DNA of 64,000 bases from Octopus vulgaris (lineage: Eukaryota), in contig OX597827.1 in NCBI GenBank assembly GCA_951406725.2, forward strand, positions 81,468,001-81,532,000, given 5' to 3'. The position numbers and the translations under genes were made by a program. Below the pieces are notes generated by a model. The model saw only the letters and a program-made list of their open reading frames with translations. It was not told the DNA's origin and did not search any database. Shown here piece by piece: positions 12,787-25,439 of this stretch; position 1 is the first letter of the stretch, and the number at the start of each line of letters is the position of its first letter.

Positions 12787-13090
12787 TGAAGGTGCCTGGC
12801 TTAGTGGTTATGGTGTTGCACTCATGATTGTGAGATCATGGGCTCAATTCTCAGATCAGGCATTGCATTGTGTTCTTGAGCAAAGCACTTCATTTCTTGT
12901 TGCTCTGCAATCATTTCGTCACCTGACATATGTCACTTGGTGCACCTGTACAGGTAATGTCGATTTGAAGGAGGGAGTGAGCTTATGTGGACACAAATAT
13001 TTGATCACTATAAACAAATCATCTGTGTGGGCGATTGGCAAGAAAGTACCGAACCCTCATACATCGTCTACCGATGGGAGAGTCCATGAT
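12787..13090 (+). mobile_element. tRNA-derived SINE; related heads on the minus strand at ~18030-18362 and ~60490-60740
   Basis: A-box-like tggcttagtgg and B-box-like ggctcaattc, followed by ttgagcaaagcacttcatttc, which matches the reverse complement of the other copies. Confidence 0.65.
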
Positions 13091-13294
13091 ATATATATAT
13101 ATATACATACATACAAAAGATGCTTGTCTCATCTTTTCAGATGATAGTCATCTCGCATTCAGCTTGATTGTTTCTCATTCACTTTCATCCTTCCATGTAG
13201 ACAGATATGAAGAGATAGAGAGATAGCTGAATACCACTGGATTTAATTGACAAAAGCTTGTACAACACTTATGCCCCTCTCACAATCACATCAA

Positions 13295-13515
13295 CCCTTT
13301 CGTTACTGTATTTATTTTGAGATGCTCAGTATCTTTTTCAATTACTTTAAATATAACAAAGAATTTAGTGAAATAGCTTAGTTGTCATTAAGCTAGTGTT
13401 AGGAAGATAAATTGTGACTAAGGTTTGGTGGAAGATTTTAATTCAGGACTTTTGAAAACAAGACATTTGTACTACAGAGCCAGAGGCGGTTTCAGCCAGG
13501 TTGGTAATGAAAGGG
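13295..13515. mobile_element. piggyBac-like MITE
   Basis: Termini ccctttcgttac ... gtaatgaaaggg, flanked on both sides by TCAA (13291-13294 and 13516-13519). Confidence 0.6.
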
Positions 13516-14325
13516 TCAAGTGGTTCCAATGACAAACATTGCAAGATGGCTGCTATTATTTGGACTGCAAGTTTTATGTCAGAGAATCCATCTTCTAGAA
13601 GAGTTCCTTCTCCATGGCTTTGTCAAAAGTAACAGGCACTAGTGTAGCTAGTGTGTGCCACCCGGGGTGGCCCTTCTGTTTTTTTCCTCAGCACCCCACA
13701 CAAAAAAAATATTGCCTAGAGCAGACCCAAAAATGTGCCCCATTAAAAGTGCTGTGCGGGTAGGACAACTGCCCCTACCCCCACCTAGCTACGCTAGGTG
13801 CCTGGGAAATCTATTTAACCCATAGACGGAACCCTGACAGGTATTATGGTTCAGGATCAGAACAAAGCTAGGAATAATTGTAATTATGGGGTGAATCCAT
13901 GCTCATCACCCTCCAGAACTCCCAAACCGGAACCTCATCCCTGGATATTATTCATATCCAGAACATGGGTAAAGAGTGATTCCACGCTCCTCACAATTTC
14001 AGAACATATATATATATATATATATATACATACATATATACATAGATATACATACAAATCCGTCCATCCATCCATATATACATGTACACCTGGCCCTCAT
14101 TGTCCCCCTACATCTGTTCTCCTTCCATACATCAGCCTGTCTATTGATCCATTCCACATATGACTATCCCTCAATTATAGCAGTACTTCTTATGTTCCTT
14201 CGATGTTCCAGACAGTGACATACCCCTCCATATTTATTGCAAAATAACAAAAATATATATGCAAACCTAATTGCATAAATACATGAAACAAGTTAAGTCC
14301 TTTTGCAGGCTGAACCAATTATAAC

Positions 14326-14680
14326 TGCACCACCTTTTAGTTGAGCAAATCGACCCCGGGACTTATTCTTTGTAAGCCCAGTACTTATTCTATCGGTCTC
14401 TTTTGCCGAACCGCTAAGTGACGGGGACGTAAACACACCAGCATCGGTTGTCAAGCAATGCTAGGGGGACACAGACACACAAACACACATATATATATAT
14501 ATATATATACACATATACGACAGGCTTCTTTCAGTTTCCGTCTGCCAAATCCACTCACAAGGCATTGGTCGGCCCGGGGCTATAGCAGAAGACACTTACC
14601 CAAGATGCCACGCAGTGGGACTGAACCAGGAACCATGTGGTTGGTTAGCAAGCTACTTACCACACAGCCACTCCTGCGCC
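14326..14680 (-). mobile_element. Young tRNA-derived SINE of an abundant family
   Basis: Near-identical to ~57885-58217. Older copies at ~11400, 22550, 23131, 35397, 48291, 51010 and 52151 share variants of gtgtggtaagaagcttgct...ggttcagtcccactgcgtggca. Confidence 0.85.
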
Positions 14681-14767
14681 TATATATATATAAATAAGGA
14701 TAAGATTGTTAATCATATCAAGTGGATAGCATGGGAATAAAAACCTTATAGGTAATTATTATTAAAA

Positions 14768-14950
14768 TTATAATTAAAGGTATCTAAAAGATACCACCAT
14801 GCTAGAGATAGCAGTCAAAACTTGACTCTAAAACCACATCAGGAATTCATACAGCACCTGGTGCTGGATGAATATATGATGTGGTTTTAGAGACAAGTTT
14901 TGACTGCTATCTCTAGCATGGTGGTATCGTTTAGATACTTTTAATTATTA
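14768..14950. repeat. ~180-bp near-perfect palindrome
   Basis: taattaaaggtatctaaaagataccaccatgctagagatagcagtcaaaacttg...aaaaccacatca is mirrored at 14877-14950, with an inner cagcacc/ggtgctg stem. Confidence 0.85.
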
Positions 14951-14994
14951 TTATATATATATTATCCAAAATGTATAGTATTAAATATCCATCA

Positions 14995-15088
14995 TGGCTC
15001 GTCTTGCCAATTGGTTTCGCATAAAGAATACAATGGACTGTTAGGTAACGAACCGACTATATAACTTTACACTCATCAGAGTTAGCTG
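14995..15088 (-). ncRNA. Type I hammerhead motif in the left pseudo-LTR (cleavage triplet mutated to GCA)
   Basis: Minus strand: CUGAUGA GUGUAAAG...CUUUAUGC GAAAC CAAUUG GCA. Confidence 0.6.
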
Positions 15089-16781
15089 ATATGGAAGAGA
15101 ATCTGGTGAATGTTCTCTATTGTCGGAGGTGGATTAGCACAACTGATCAGCAGTTGCTGTGAAAAAGGTGATAGAATGAAAAAAGGGCTACAGGATTAGT
15201 TTAGGAGTTATGTCCCTTGGTTGGGTATGCTGTGAAGTCGGCAAGAGTTATCTTGAAGTGGGGAAAGTGTGTATTATTAATATGGTGCTCCTGTGGGGGT
15301 GGGGTGTGTGGTATGTGTAGTGGTGTCATATCTATAATTCTTTCCAGGGGCATAGGTACATATAGTTGTGTTTGTTGGTCTCCTTTCTGTAAAGGATAGA
15401 GTTGTTGGGGGTGGGGGTTATGTTAGTGTCTGGTGTGTAATGTGTGTGTGCGGTCTGTGTATATGTGAGGGTATAATTTGTGTGAAGGGGTATGTGTTGG
15501 GGTGGTGGGAGACAGTTTATTCTGTGGGTTGTCAGCCTTATAGGGGTGAGTGTATGTTCGTATGTACACGGGTGCTTTGGTGTTTGCCAGGCTCAAGGTC
15601 AATGGTGGAAAGTAGTTAGTGGAAGGTTGAGGCAGTCATGGTGGGGCATGCAGGTATGATAGAATGTACTTCCTTTCATGTGGGCAAGGATTAAACACCT
15701 CGCTCCTACTATTCAGGTAAACATCTGGGCGTTGGGTACCTTTTAAAATTGCTCTCTTCTCAGCCAGGCATAATCTACATTTCCTACTGCTAGTGGAGTA
15801 TAGTTTGCATCTTTCTAGAATCTTCCACTTTATGCTGTATTCTGTGGTGCTCTCTTTCAAAGTCCTGATGTGCTTGGCTAGGGTTGTGGCATTACGTCGC
15901 TCTGTGATGTTGAATGAGGACTTAAAGTAGGTTCTGAAGGGGCCTTCTGTTGCCCCCACATATTTCCACATGCTCAATTGTCTATTGAGTTTTGTTACTG
16001 TTACTTCTACCTCATAAACAACTGTTTCCCTATTGCAGTGGCCGTTTAGTGGAGAAGTTGTGTTACCCCTGCACGAGCATCCTGCCTAAGCCTCAGGTGT
16101 GGGCCTATATACTAAATTCTTTTTAACACTGGGTGCACATCTAAAGGTTACTCACAGGGTGTGTCTATTAAATATTTTGTCGAATCTATTGGTACAGGAA
16201 AGTGTCTATCAACTAAACTAAGAAAAATCTTACCTACTCTGGTCTTAACGTTTAAAGAGAATGGTAGTGTGAACCACAGTACTTTCAGGTGGTGCTTTCT
16301 CAAAGCACCCATAAACATACACACACACCCCTATAAGGTGGACACCCTACAGAATAAACTATCTCCCACCACCACCAACACATACCCCTTCACACAAATT
16401 ATACTCCCTCATATACACAGATCCCAGACATGCATTTTACACACCGCATGCTAACATGACCACCCCCACCACAGCTTTATCCTTTACAGAAAGAAAACAG
16501 ACCAACGAACACAGCTATATTTACTTACACCCCCGGAAAAACTTATACATATGACACTGCTACACATACCACACACCCCGTCCCCACACAAGAGCACCAC
16601 CTTAATAATACACACTTTCCCCACTTCAAAATAACTCTTGCCTGCTTCACAGCTTACCCAACAAAGGGACATAACTCCTAAACTAATCCCTTGGCCCCTT
16701 TTTTTATTCCACCACCTTTTTCACCGGTTGTGCTAATCCACCTCTGACCATAGAAAGCAGTCGGCATATTCGCTTCCATAT

Positions 16782-16875
16782 CAGCTAACTCTGATGAGCG
16801 TAAAGTTATATAATCAGTTTGTTGCCTAATAGTCCATTGTATTCTTTACACGAAACTGATTGGTAAGATCAACTG
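16782..16875 (+). ncRNA. Type I hammerhead motif in the right pseudo-LTR
   Basis: CTGATGA 16791-16797, stem II gcgtaaag/ctttacac, GAAAC 16852-16856, GTA 16863-16865; stem I is eroded. Confidence 0.65.
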
Positions 16876-17115
16876 TGATGGATATTTAATACTATACATT
16901 TCAGATAATATACCCAGCTGAAATGTGGTGTTAACAACTAACAAGATGAGGACAAATATCCGTCAACTATAAATAATGTACATAATTCCTCATCTTTTAA
17001 ATATAGAACAATATATCCACTCTACTGACAGATATTTGAGTGCATCTCATCCCTGGCTTATGGTCTCTTAGATGACTCATGCACACACACACACACACAC
17101 ATATTTATATATATA

Positions 17116-17430
17116 TCATCATCATCATCATCATCATCGTTTAACGTCCGTTTTCCGCGCTAGCACGGGTTGGACGGTTTCGACCGGGGTCTGGGGAGCC
17201 AGGGGCTGCCCCAGGCTCCAGTCTGGTCTGGCAGTGTTTCTACAGCTGGATGCCCTTCCTAACGCCAACCACTCCGCGAGTGTAGTGGGTGCTTTTTACG
17301 TGCCACCTGCACAGGTGCCAGAGGGGTCTGGCATCGGCCACGGTCGGTTGGTGCTTTTTATGTGCCACCTGCACAGAAGCCAGTCGGGGCGGTGCTGGCA
17401 TCGGCCACGTTCGGATGGTGCTTTTTATGT
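17116..17430 (-). mobile_element. High-copy retroposon 3' end with (GAT)n tail (RTE-like LINE end or its SINE)
   Basis: Variants of the core ggttggcgttaggaagggcatccagctgtagaaac...ccaacccatgctagcatggaaagcggacgttaaacgatgatgat recur at ~18440, 19500, 23745, 26760, 29730, 33860, 41590, 42580, 49465, 62572 and 62768. Confidence 0.8.
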
Positions 17431-19802
17431 GGGGGGGAGTGCAGAAATATAGGGGAGCACCAGTGGGGAGGGGTGGTTCAGAGAAATGATGACAGGTTCT
17501 AGGCAAGTAGAACGTAGGATATCAAGAGAGGGGTAATGCATGGTGAAATAGCGTATTGAGGAGGGGGGTTCGAAGAGTAGACACCTATAATGGTGGTGGG
17601 AGAAGCGACATCCGGTATAGATGGAGCAAAAATATAGAGATATCCGGTATTGGTGGTGGGGGTGGGCAGGGCGGGTGCACCGCGAATACGCGAAGGTTGA
17701 TATAGACGAGAGAGCGAGACTTGGTTGGGCAGAATTAATAGAGGAGAAATGGAGAAATTAGATAAAATAGTTAGATAGATAAAAAAAAACAACAGATAAA
17801 AAAACATGTATGATTGGTCGAGAAGTGAAAATAAGCATTCAAACTTATCTGTGCTCGGGATTTTAGCTGCTAGGTGAATGAGAGAGCACATGTTGGGGGT
17901 TGCCTTTTAAGTAACACATATATGTACATGTAGTCAGCTCATGTATATAAAACACATATTATATAATTATATGTATATAATTATATGGGTGCATATCATA
18001 CTAACATATCATACAGCTACTATGATGCAGAGACCCCCTTCGGTCATGAATGACCATGGGATTGCACCTAGAAATTACCCTCTGAAGCGCAAGTCCGGGC
18101 AAGGTTGTTATGGAAGACCAGGAGTTGCCCATGCATACTGGCCTCTCCTCTCCACGCCACCAGCATTATCTAATGGAAAGGCAAAGGTAGATACAGCTTG
18201 GCACCTGTGATGTTGCAACTCATTTCTACAGCTGAGTGAAATGGAGCAACATGAAATAAAGTGTCTTCCTCAAGAACACAACATGCAGCCCGGTCTGGGA
18301 TTCGAACTCACAACCTCACGGTCGTAAGCTCAACACTCTAACCACTGAGCCATGCACCTTCACACAGATACTATGTTACAGAATTGAAGCATCAGCAAGG
18401 TTATCCAGATGTAAAAACCATACCAAAACAAACTTTGCCTGTCCTGGTGCCATGCGAAAAGCACCCAGTCTACTCTGTAAAATGGTTGGCATTAGGAGGG
18501 GCATCCATCTGTTGAAATCAAGCCAGAAACAGACAATGGAACCTGGTGTGCCTCCCATTCATACCAGCTCCTGCCAAGCCATCCAACCCATGTTAGCATG
18601 GAAGACAGAGGTTAAATGATGATGATGACGATGATGGTTATGTACATAATATGCTCATGTATATACACACTGTATAATTATGTGGCATATAGGAAAAATA
18701 TCCAGTATGTAGATATGTTTCTATATAATATATATGCAGGTTTGTGTAACATATATATATATATATCTTAGAAGAAATGAGGTACTCAGAAATTCGGATG
18801 GTTTTATATTTACAGATATTTATTTGTATATTACACGTTTTTATACAATTTGAAAACTACCTCCATCACACCCTGCTTTGCATGGCCACTCTGGTGAGCC
18901 TCTCTTGTCTCTCAAACTCTCTCTCCTCATACCCTAATAAAACTTCCCTTCCGTCCCCTACCAGGATCCACTGCCTGCATCCCCTTTAATATCAACCCCA
19001 TATCTTGAGATACTCCAACAACCCACCACCACATCCCTTCTTTCCAGACTTCCAGCAAATCCCACCTACCATTATATAATGTTGGGATCCTTGTATCTTG
19101 TACTCTGCCATCTCACCCCAACCTCTCAATCCCTGGCATGAAACCATCGCCCCTTCCAACTACACCTTCCTATCCTTCATTAAGCAACTTTTTCTTTTTT
19201 CTTTTCCTCCCCTCTTACTTTTTCTCCCTCTTTTTTTTTCTTTCTTGTTCCTTTCTTTTCTTGCCTTACAAATTCCCTAGCAACCTCACCAATGCAGGTT
19301 ACACGAAAAGCTCCTACCACTTGACACTCTGCAAAGTGGTTGGTGTTAGGAAGGGCATCCAGCTGGAGCGACCAAGCCAAAACAGACAATTGAAATATTT
19401 ACTGTGGGTACATCTTTATCTTGTGGATACAGTATATAGATATGTCTATACAATATATACACGGTGTATAGATAGTTATATAATACAAACAATCACCATC
19501 TGAATGTGGTCAATGCCAGCCCCCTGTGGCTCCTGTGCTGGTGGCACATAAAAAGCACCCACTACACTCTCAGAGTGGTTGGCGTTAGGAAGGGCATCCA
19601 GCTGTAGAAACATTGCCAGATTAGATTGGAATCTGGTGCAGCCTCCTGGCTTCCCAGACCCCAGTCGAACCGTCCAACCAATGCCAGCATTGAAAACGGA
19701 CATTAAACGATGATGATGAAGAATCAATATACAGGTTTATGTACAATACACACTTTATGTATTAATGATCACTTATTCTGATGAGAAAGGGGGAAAAAAA
19801 AG

Positions 19803-20035
19803 GGGTGGTGAGCTGGCAGAATCCTTCGGAGGCCAGGCGAAATGCCTAGAAGTCTTTTGTCTGTTGTTATGTTCTGAGTTCAAATTCTGCTGAAGTCGGC
19901 TTTGCCTTTCATCCTTTTGGTGTCAATTAAATAAGTACCAGTCATGCACTGGGGTTGATGTATTCGACTTAATCCCTTTGTCTGGCCTTGTTTGTTCCCT
20001 TTATGTTTAGCCCCCTGTGGGCAATAAAGAAATAA
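19803..20035 (+). mobile_element. Third SINE family; related copies at ~59050-59275 (-), ~60790-60935, ~35230-35330 and ~42025-42130
   Basis: Shared variants of atgttctgagttcaaattctgc...ctttcatcc...aaataagtaccagt...ctggggt. Confidence 0.6.
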
Positions 20036-20177
20036 ATACATACTTTATGTAATACACAACAGGTAGAGTGCCAAAGAAATTATTATCAGTCATCTTCATC
20101 TTCTTCCTCCTCCTCCTCACCATCATCCCCCACTACCACCACCATTTCTGACTGTGTTCTATCTTCTTATCTTCCAG

Positions 20178-20201
20178 TTACCCACCCGAATCAAGAAATA
20201 A
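20178..20201 (+). CDS. Predicted terminal coding micro-exon of protocadherin A (LPTRIKK*)
   Basis: Pyrimidine tract ttctatcttcttatcttccag followed by TTA CCC ACC CGA ATC AAG AAA TAA. Phase 0 matches the donor at 4777, it is paralogous to 35859-35882, and AATAAA lies at 20311. Confidence 0.75.
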   Translation, partial: LPTRIKK

Positions 20202-20593
20202 GATGTCACAGTTCCTCCTTTCGAGGGACAACAGTCACCGGACTGCAAACGTTTCACACTGGACATTACAAGTGAAACGAAGACAACAACAATAACAATA
20301 ACAACAAGTAAATAAAAATTACACAGAAACATGACAGTGCATGTGGAATATATATGAGCATGAGTGTATATATGTATGTATAAATATATATATATATATG
20401 TATATATATATAAAAATTTTCAGAATGAGATAAAAATCCAAGGCTGTGAAAGATTTTAGAACATTTATAAATAGGTCTTACAGCTGTTTCTGGGATATAT
20501 ATATACACTCACTCACACATAACTACATATTTATATATACATTCATATATTAATGTATATATATATATATATATATACACAAACATGCATATA

Positions 20594-20635
<42 letters not shown>

Positions 20636-20677
20636 AACATGCATATGAATATATATATATAGGTGTATATATGTATC

Positions 20678-20722
<45 letters not shown>

Positions 20723-20832
20723 ATATATAAAGTTTTTATATATATATATATATTTATATATATACACACACACATCACATGCACACACACACATAACTAC
20801 ATATTTATATGTACATTAATAAATGAATGTAA

Positions 20833-20911
<79 letters not shown>

Positions 20912-21102
20912 CACACACACATGCATTTACACTAGGTGATATATTGCACTAGAATATCTGATAACTCACCACCACTCATTTTATAGCATGCAACATACCA
21001 AGATTAAACCTTTTCCAGAGTGCATACCAATACCACATCTCCACCCTACCACACCACATACCACTGCATGCTGACATCATTACTCATAACTGCAGCACGA
21101 AA

Positions 21103-21147
21103 TATAAATGCACAGAAAAGTGCAGTGATACTGTAACGTGCCTGCAT

Positions 21148-21180
<33 letters not shown>

Positions 21181-21497
21181 GTACAGATTGATTGCTTGAC
21201 TGAACTATTTCGCTACACAGACACACAGACACGGAGAAGGAGAGGAACCTATGCAGCCCTGGAAGTAAGCCCATCTTGGAAATTCCATCATCGTCTCCTC
21301 CAACAGCTGATGGCACGTGTAGTAGTGCCGTACCTGATTCGGTGTGTGTGAGTTTGGAGTGCAGCGGACTGCAGCAGCAGCGGTAACAACAACAGCAGTA
21401 GCAGCTAGCAGGAGTAACAACCTGTGATCCATAGCCCTACTACCACATAAACCGCCACACACGACTATACTACTACACACATATATATGCACAGAAG

Positions 21498-21530
<33 letters not shown>

Positions 21531-21551
21531 ATTATGGATGGAAAAATGGAG
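21103..21551 (+). promoter_or_regulatory. Candidate promoter and 5' leader exon of protocadherin B, ending in uORF start MDGKME and a splice donor
   Basis: TATAAA at 21103, unique CpG-containing sequence, ATG GAT GGA AAA ATG GAG|GTAAGT at 21534-21551, and homology to 39922-40028. The start site is a guess. Confidence 0.55.
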
Positions 21552-22389
21552 GTAAGTCTTAATCTCAATTCTATTATTCATATCTTTTACTGTTTTGTTA
21601 TAATTCTCCCTTTTTTATTTATATACAATATATACATACACACACATAAACATATATATACATATATATATATATGTGTGTGTGTGTGTGTAGAATATAA
21701 TGCATCTGTGTATATATATGTATATACAAATATATATGTAAATATAAATATATACTTATCTATACATTGTATATATATATATATGTGTACGTATGTATGT
21801 ATACATATATATATATATATATGTACATATCTATAGCATGTGTCTGTGTAGATATGTAGTTATATAAATATACAGAAAGATAGGCAGTTGCACATATTTC
21901 ATGCAGTGTTGTGATGGGAGAAAATGCTAAGATACCGTTATAAAGGACCCTTACATTACTGACAAACACCTACCTCAACTATTGTTTCATTTCTAATAAT
22001 GCAAATTAATATCAAATATCTGTAATTATTGTAATATTCAATCACGGAGGAATATTTCTGCTTGGTTCAGTGAGATATTTCAGTGATTATCATTATTATT
22101 ATTGTTGTTATTCTTATTAATGATAACATCTCCCAATGTGCAGATGAAGTGTTATAATTGTATTGAAATCAATGTTAAAAACATAGATGAAGACTACGGT
22201 GAAATATATACACAGAGCAGCCATAGTTGTGGTGGCTCTTTGATGGTGATGGCTCTTTGACGAGGATGGGCTCTGCTCCATGTATCACTATGCATATGAG
22301 TGTATATACACACACCTGTGTGTGTGTGGGTGTGTGTGTGTTTGTAATGTGCTTGTGTATCTCTCTCTCTCTTTCTCAATCTATCTGTC

Positions 22390-22432
<43 letters not shown>

Positions 22433-23268
22433 CCGCAATCTAATTACTGAAACAAAAGAAAACATAAATATATATATATGTGTGTGTGCATGCGTGTATC
22501 TGTTTGTGTGTGCGGACACACACACACAGAGATATGTGTGCAGGTATGGAGTGTGTGGTCAAGAAGCTTGCATACCCACCACACGGTTCTGGGTTCAATC
22601 CCAGTGTGTATTGTGTGTACAAAGCTGAGTACAAACATGTTTGTGTCTCCTTGTCTTAGCACAGCATGTAGGTTGTAAATGAATGTCACAGTCATAGAAA
22701 CAGCTGTAGTCATTTCCAATATTCTGCAGAAACCATGCTTGGTCCTGGGAAAATATTACCTGGCTTGGAAACAGGTGAGAGTTGCCAAAAGGAAGGGCAT
22801 CAGGCTATTGAAAATTTGCTTCTCTAAACTCTGCCAGACTCATGCAAGCATGGAAAAGTGAATGCTTATACAATGGTTTTATATATATATATAGGTCTCT
22901 TCTATCTTTTAATTATAATTGAGGATGGAGCCAATTTCCAACAAAGATATGTGCGTATGGATGTACATATGCATGTATGTATATATGTATGTATGTCATT
23001 GTTCAGTTTTATTTCAAGATTTCTTACCAACAGAGAAAGAGTCAATTTCTAACCAAGACCCAAGGGTATTTTTGTTTGTTTGCATGCATGTATGTATGTA
23101 TGTATGTATGTATGTATAAACATATGGGCAGATGTGGATGTGTGGTAAGAAGCTTGCTCCCCAACCTCATAGTTCTAGGTTCAATCCTGCCATATGGCAC
23201 CTTGGGCCTTGGGCTGATGAAAGCCTTGTGAGTGGATTTGGTAGACAAAAACTGAAAGAAGCCCATGG

Positions 23269-23300
<32 letters not shown>

Positions 23301-24149
23301 GACGTATATCTATGTGTGTGTGTCTTTGAGTCTGTATTTGTCCCCCCCCCAACTTTGTTTGACAACCAGTGTAGGTGTGCTTATGTCCCTGTAACTTAGT
23401 GGGTCAGAAAAAGAGACTGGTAGAATAAGTATTAAGCTTTCTTTGACTAAACCTCTTCAAGCAGGTGCTCCAGTATGGCTGAAGTCAAATGACTGAAATA
23501 AGTAAAAGAACAAAAGAAATATATACTTATACGCACTCACACAGACACATATGGACAAGGAGAGCTGAGTAAAGAAGTGCCAACCTCTAACTGTGGAGAG
23601 GTGAAGTATAACCTTTGAATATTGGACCTCACAGATGTGATGACCAATGACCAAGACCTTTGACTATATGCTGTGCTTGAGAAGACTCATCAAGCCAAGT
23701 GAAATTGTAGTCATGGTCAATGCTGGTGTTATATAACTGGCACCTTGGAGTGGTTGGCATTAGGAAGGGCATCCAGCTATAGAAACCATGCCAAATCAGA
23801 TTGGCATGATTTCTATACAGCTCTTTGGGCTTCCAGTTTCAGTCAAATCATCAAACCCATGCTGGCATGGAAACCAGATGCTAAATGATGATGATGATGT
23901 ATGTATATATATCTATATTTGCATGTATTCATGTTTGTAAGAGGTATTTGCAGACATAATTAGTAATTTTATAAAATAACTTTAAGCTAGTAAATACCAA
24001 AAGTATGTTACTAAAGATTTGTGCAGCCATTCTTGATAATCTTTCTTCTGAAATCTTCAACGAATCAGACTTTGGCATCGATGACCATTTCAGTGAGGAC
24101 CGGAATCCTTGACCCATCTCTACTAAATGATCCTCAACTGGAGAATGGG

Positions 24150-24780
24150 AGTCTTCAATGTATCTCTGGTATTTTGAGGATGTCATTTAGTCTCCCTTTT
24201 AACAATGTTCCAAATGGGACTGAAATCAGGTGAATTTGGAGGCCACAAATCTGGTTTTACATGCTTACCTTCTTCTTAAGAACTGCTTGACATCCATTCT
24301 TGGGTTACACGGGCTTTTTGAGCAAGTGTTGAGCCTTGCTGAAACACATAATGGTCTTCCACTGCATACTTCATGCGCCTGGAGCTTAACACCCGTGGAA
24401 AGGTGTGAGGTGGCATGACATGACCTTCCTTCCTCACCATTCCTAAAAACCATTTTAGCTGCTGGAAATTTAGTGAGCATCACTCTTGGCACATCAGAAG
24501 CATCTGCACATAACCATCTGCTATTTCTCCTGTTTGGCTTTCTTCTTGGTCCAGATTCTTCACTCACACAGAAGAACCAAAGCATGCCATGGGTTGTTAA
24601 ATAACTGCCTGGCATGGAATTAATGGTTTTCCTGTATGTTTCTACCCATGGCTTGGTCTCTCCTCAGAACAAACAACCCGTATCAAATGTCCGTGTGCAT
24701 CACAGTTCCAATAGTCTTCTCTGATACCTGAAGTTCTCTGGTGATGGTCCAGATTAATTTTCTGGAAACATAATCAATGG
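24150..24780 (-). mobile_element. Degenerate Tc1/mariner (maT/DD37D-like) fragment
   Basis: RNSRWLCADASDVPRVMLTKFPAAKMV parallels the 27427-27720 ORF. Confidence 0.65.
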
Positions 24781-25439
24781 TGCCCCAGCATGGCCACAGC
24801 TCATGAGCTGAAACTAGAATCAATCAATCAATCAATGTCTTCAACCCGTTGGTTTGATTGCAGTGTTCAAACTGTGTAGTGTCCAAACAATTAAAGTTTA
24901 TTTCCCCCTCTTTGGTACAGTTGAAATATTCCTGTCAGAAGCTTCAAATTCCATCCAAACTCTGCATACAAAAGATGTTGCAACATTTAGAAAATGGACA
25001 AATTATAAATCTCTGTTTCACCCAAATGGCAACAATGACTGCATGTCTTTTGGGTTTTGGGGTTAGCATTTGAATCTGCCATCAGGGATCTGAAAGAAAT
25101 ATCTTTTAACTGGTTTGAAAAGAGTAATTAAGGGTTCTCAAATATACACACACACATACACATATATACGAATATATATATGTGTATGTGTGTGTTTGTG
25201 TGTGATAGATATAGATAGATAGATAGAGAGAGAGAGAAACAGACAGGCAGACAGACAAATAGATGGATAGATAGATAGACAGAGAGATATTCAGATAACA
25301 CACACACTCATATATATTTATGCCAATGATTCATGATGACAGTCTCTTGTAATCCAAAGTAGATGGTTTTCTCCAATATCTTTTGCTGAACAATCTGCAC
25401 AAATGATTTGTTTGTAGTGATCTAGAGGACATACTGTAA

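Larger units (their letters stand above)
14957..16912 (-). mobile_element. Penelope-like element with inverted pseudo-LTRs (~14957-15580 and ~16301-16912) flanking a linker and GIY-YIG fragment
   Basis: ORF 15636-15977 has YVGATEGPF, IKWKIL, CRLCLAEK, LNSRSEVFNPCPH. The minus strand of ~16190-16290 reads [27 protein letters not shown]. The ~600-bp arms are reverse complements. Confidence 0.9.

Noticed and set aside
12787-12870. tRNA-like sequence (also ~18290-18362 and ~60665-60740)
   Set aside because: A/B boxes run into a shared repeat body and the cloverleaf is broken, so these are SINE heads rather than tRNA genes.
13141-13230. Possible extra Pcdh A exon after ttttcag (13140) or ccatgtag (13200)
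   Set aside because: It has no counterpart in the B intron and no support beyond the AG motifs.
22697-22712. GAAACAGCTGTA as a hammerhead half (similar at ~56044)
   Set aside because: No upstream CUGANGA or stem II, and it lies within an unrelated context.
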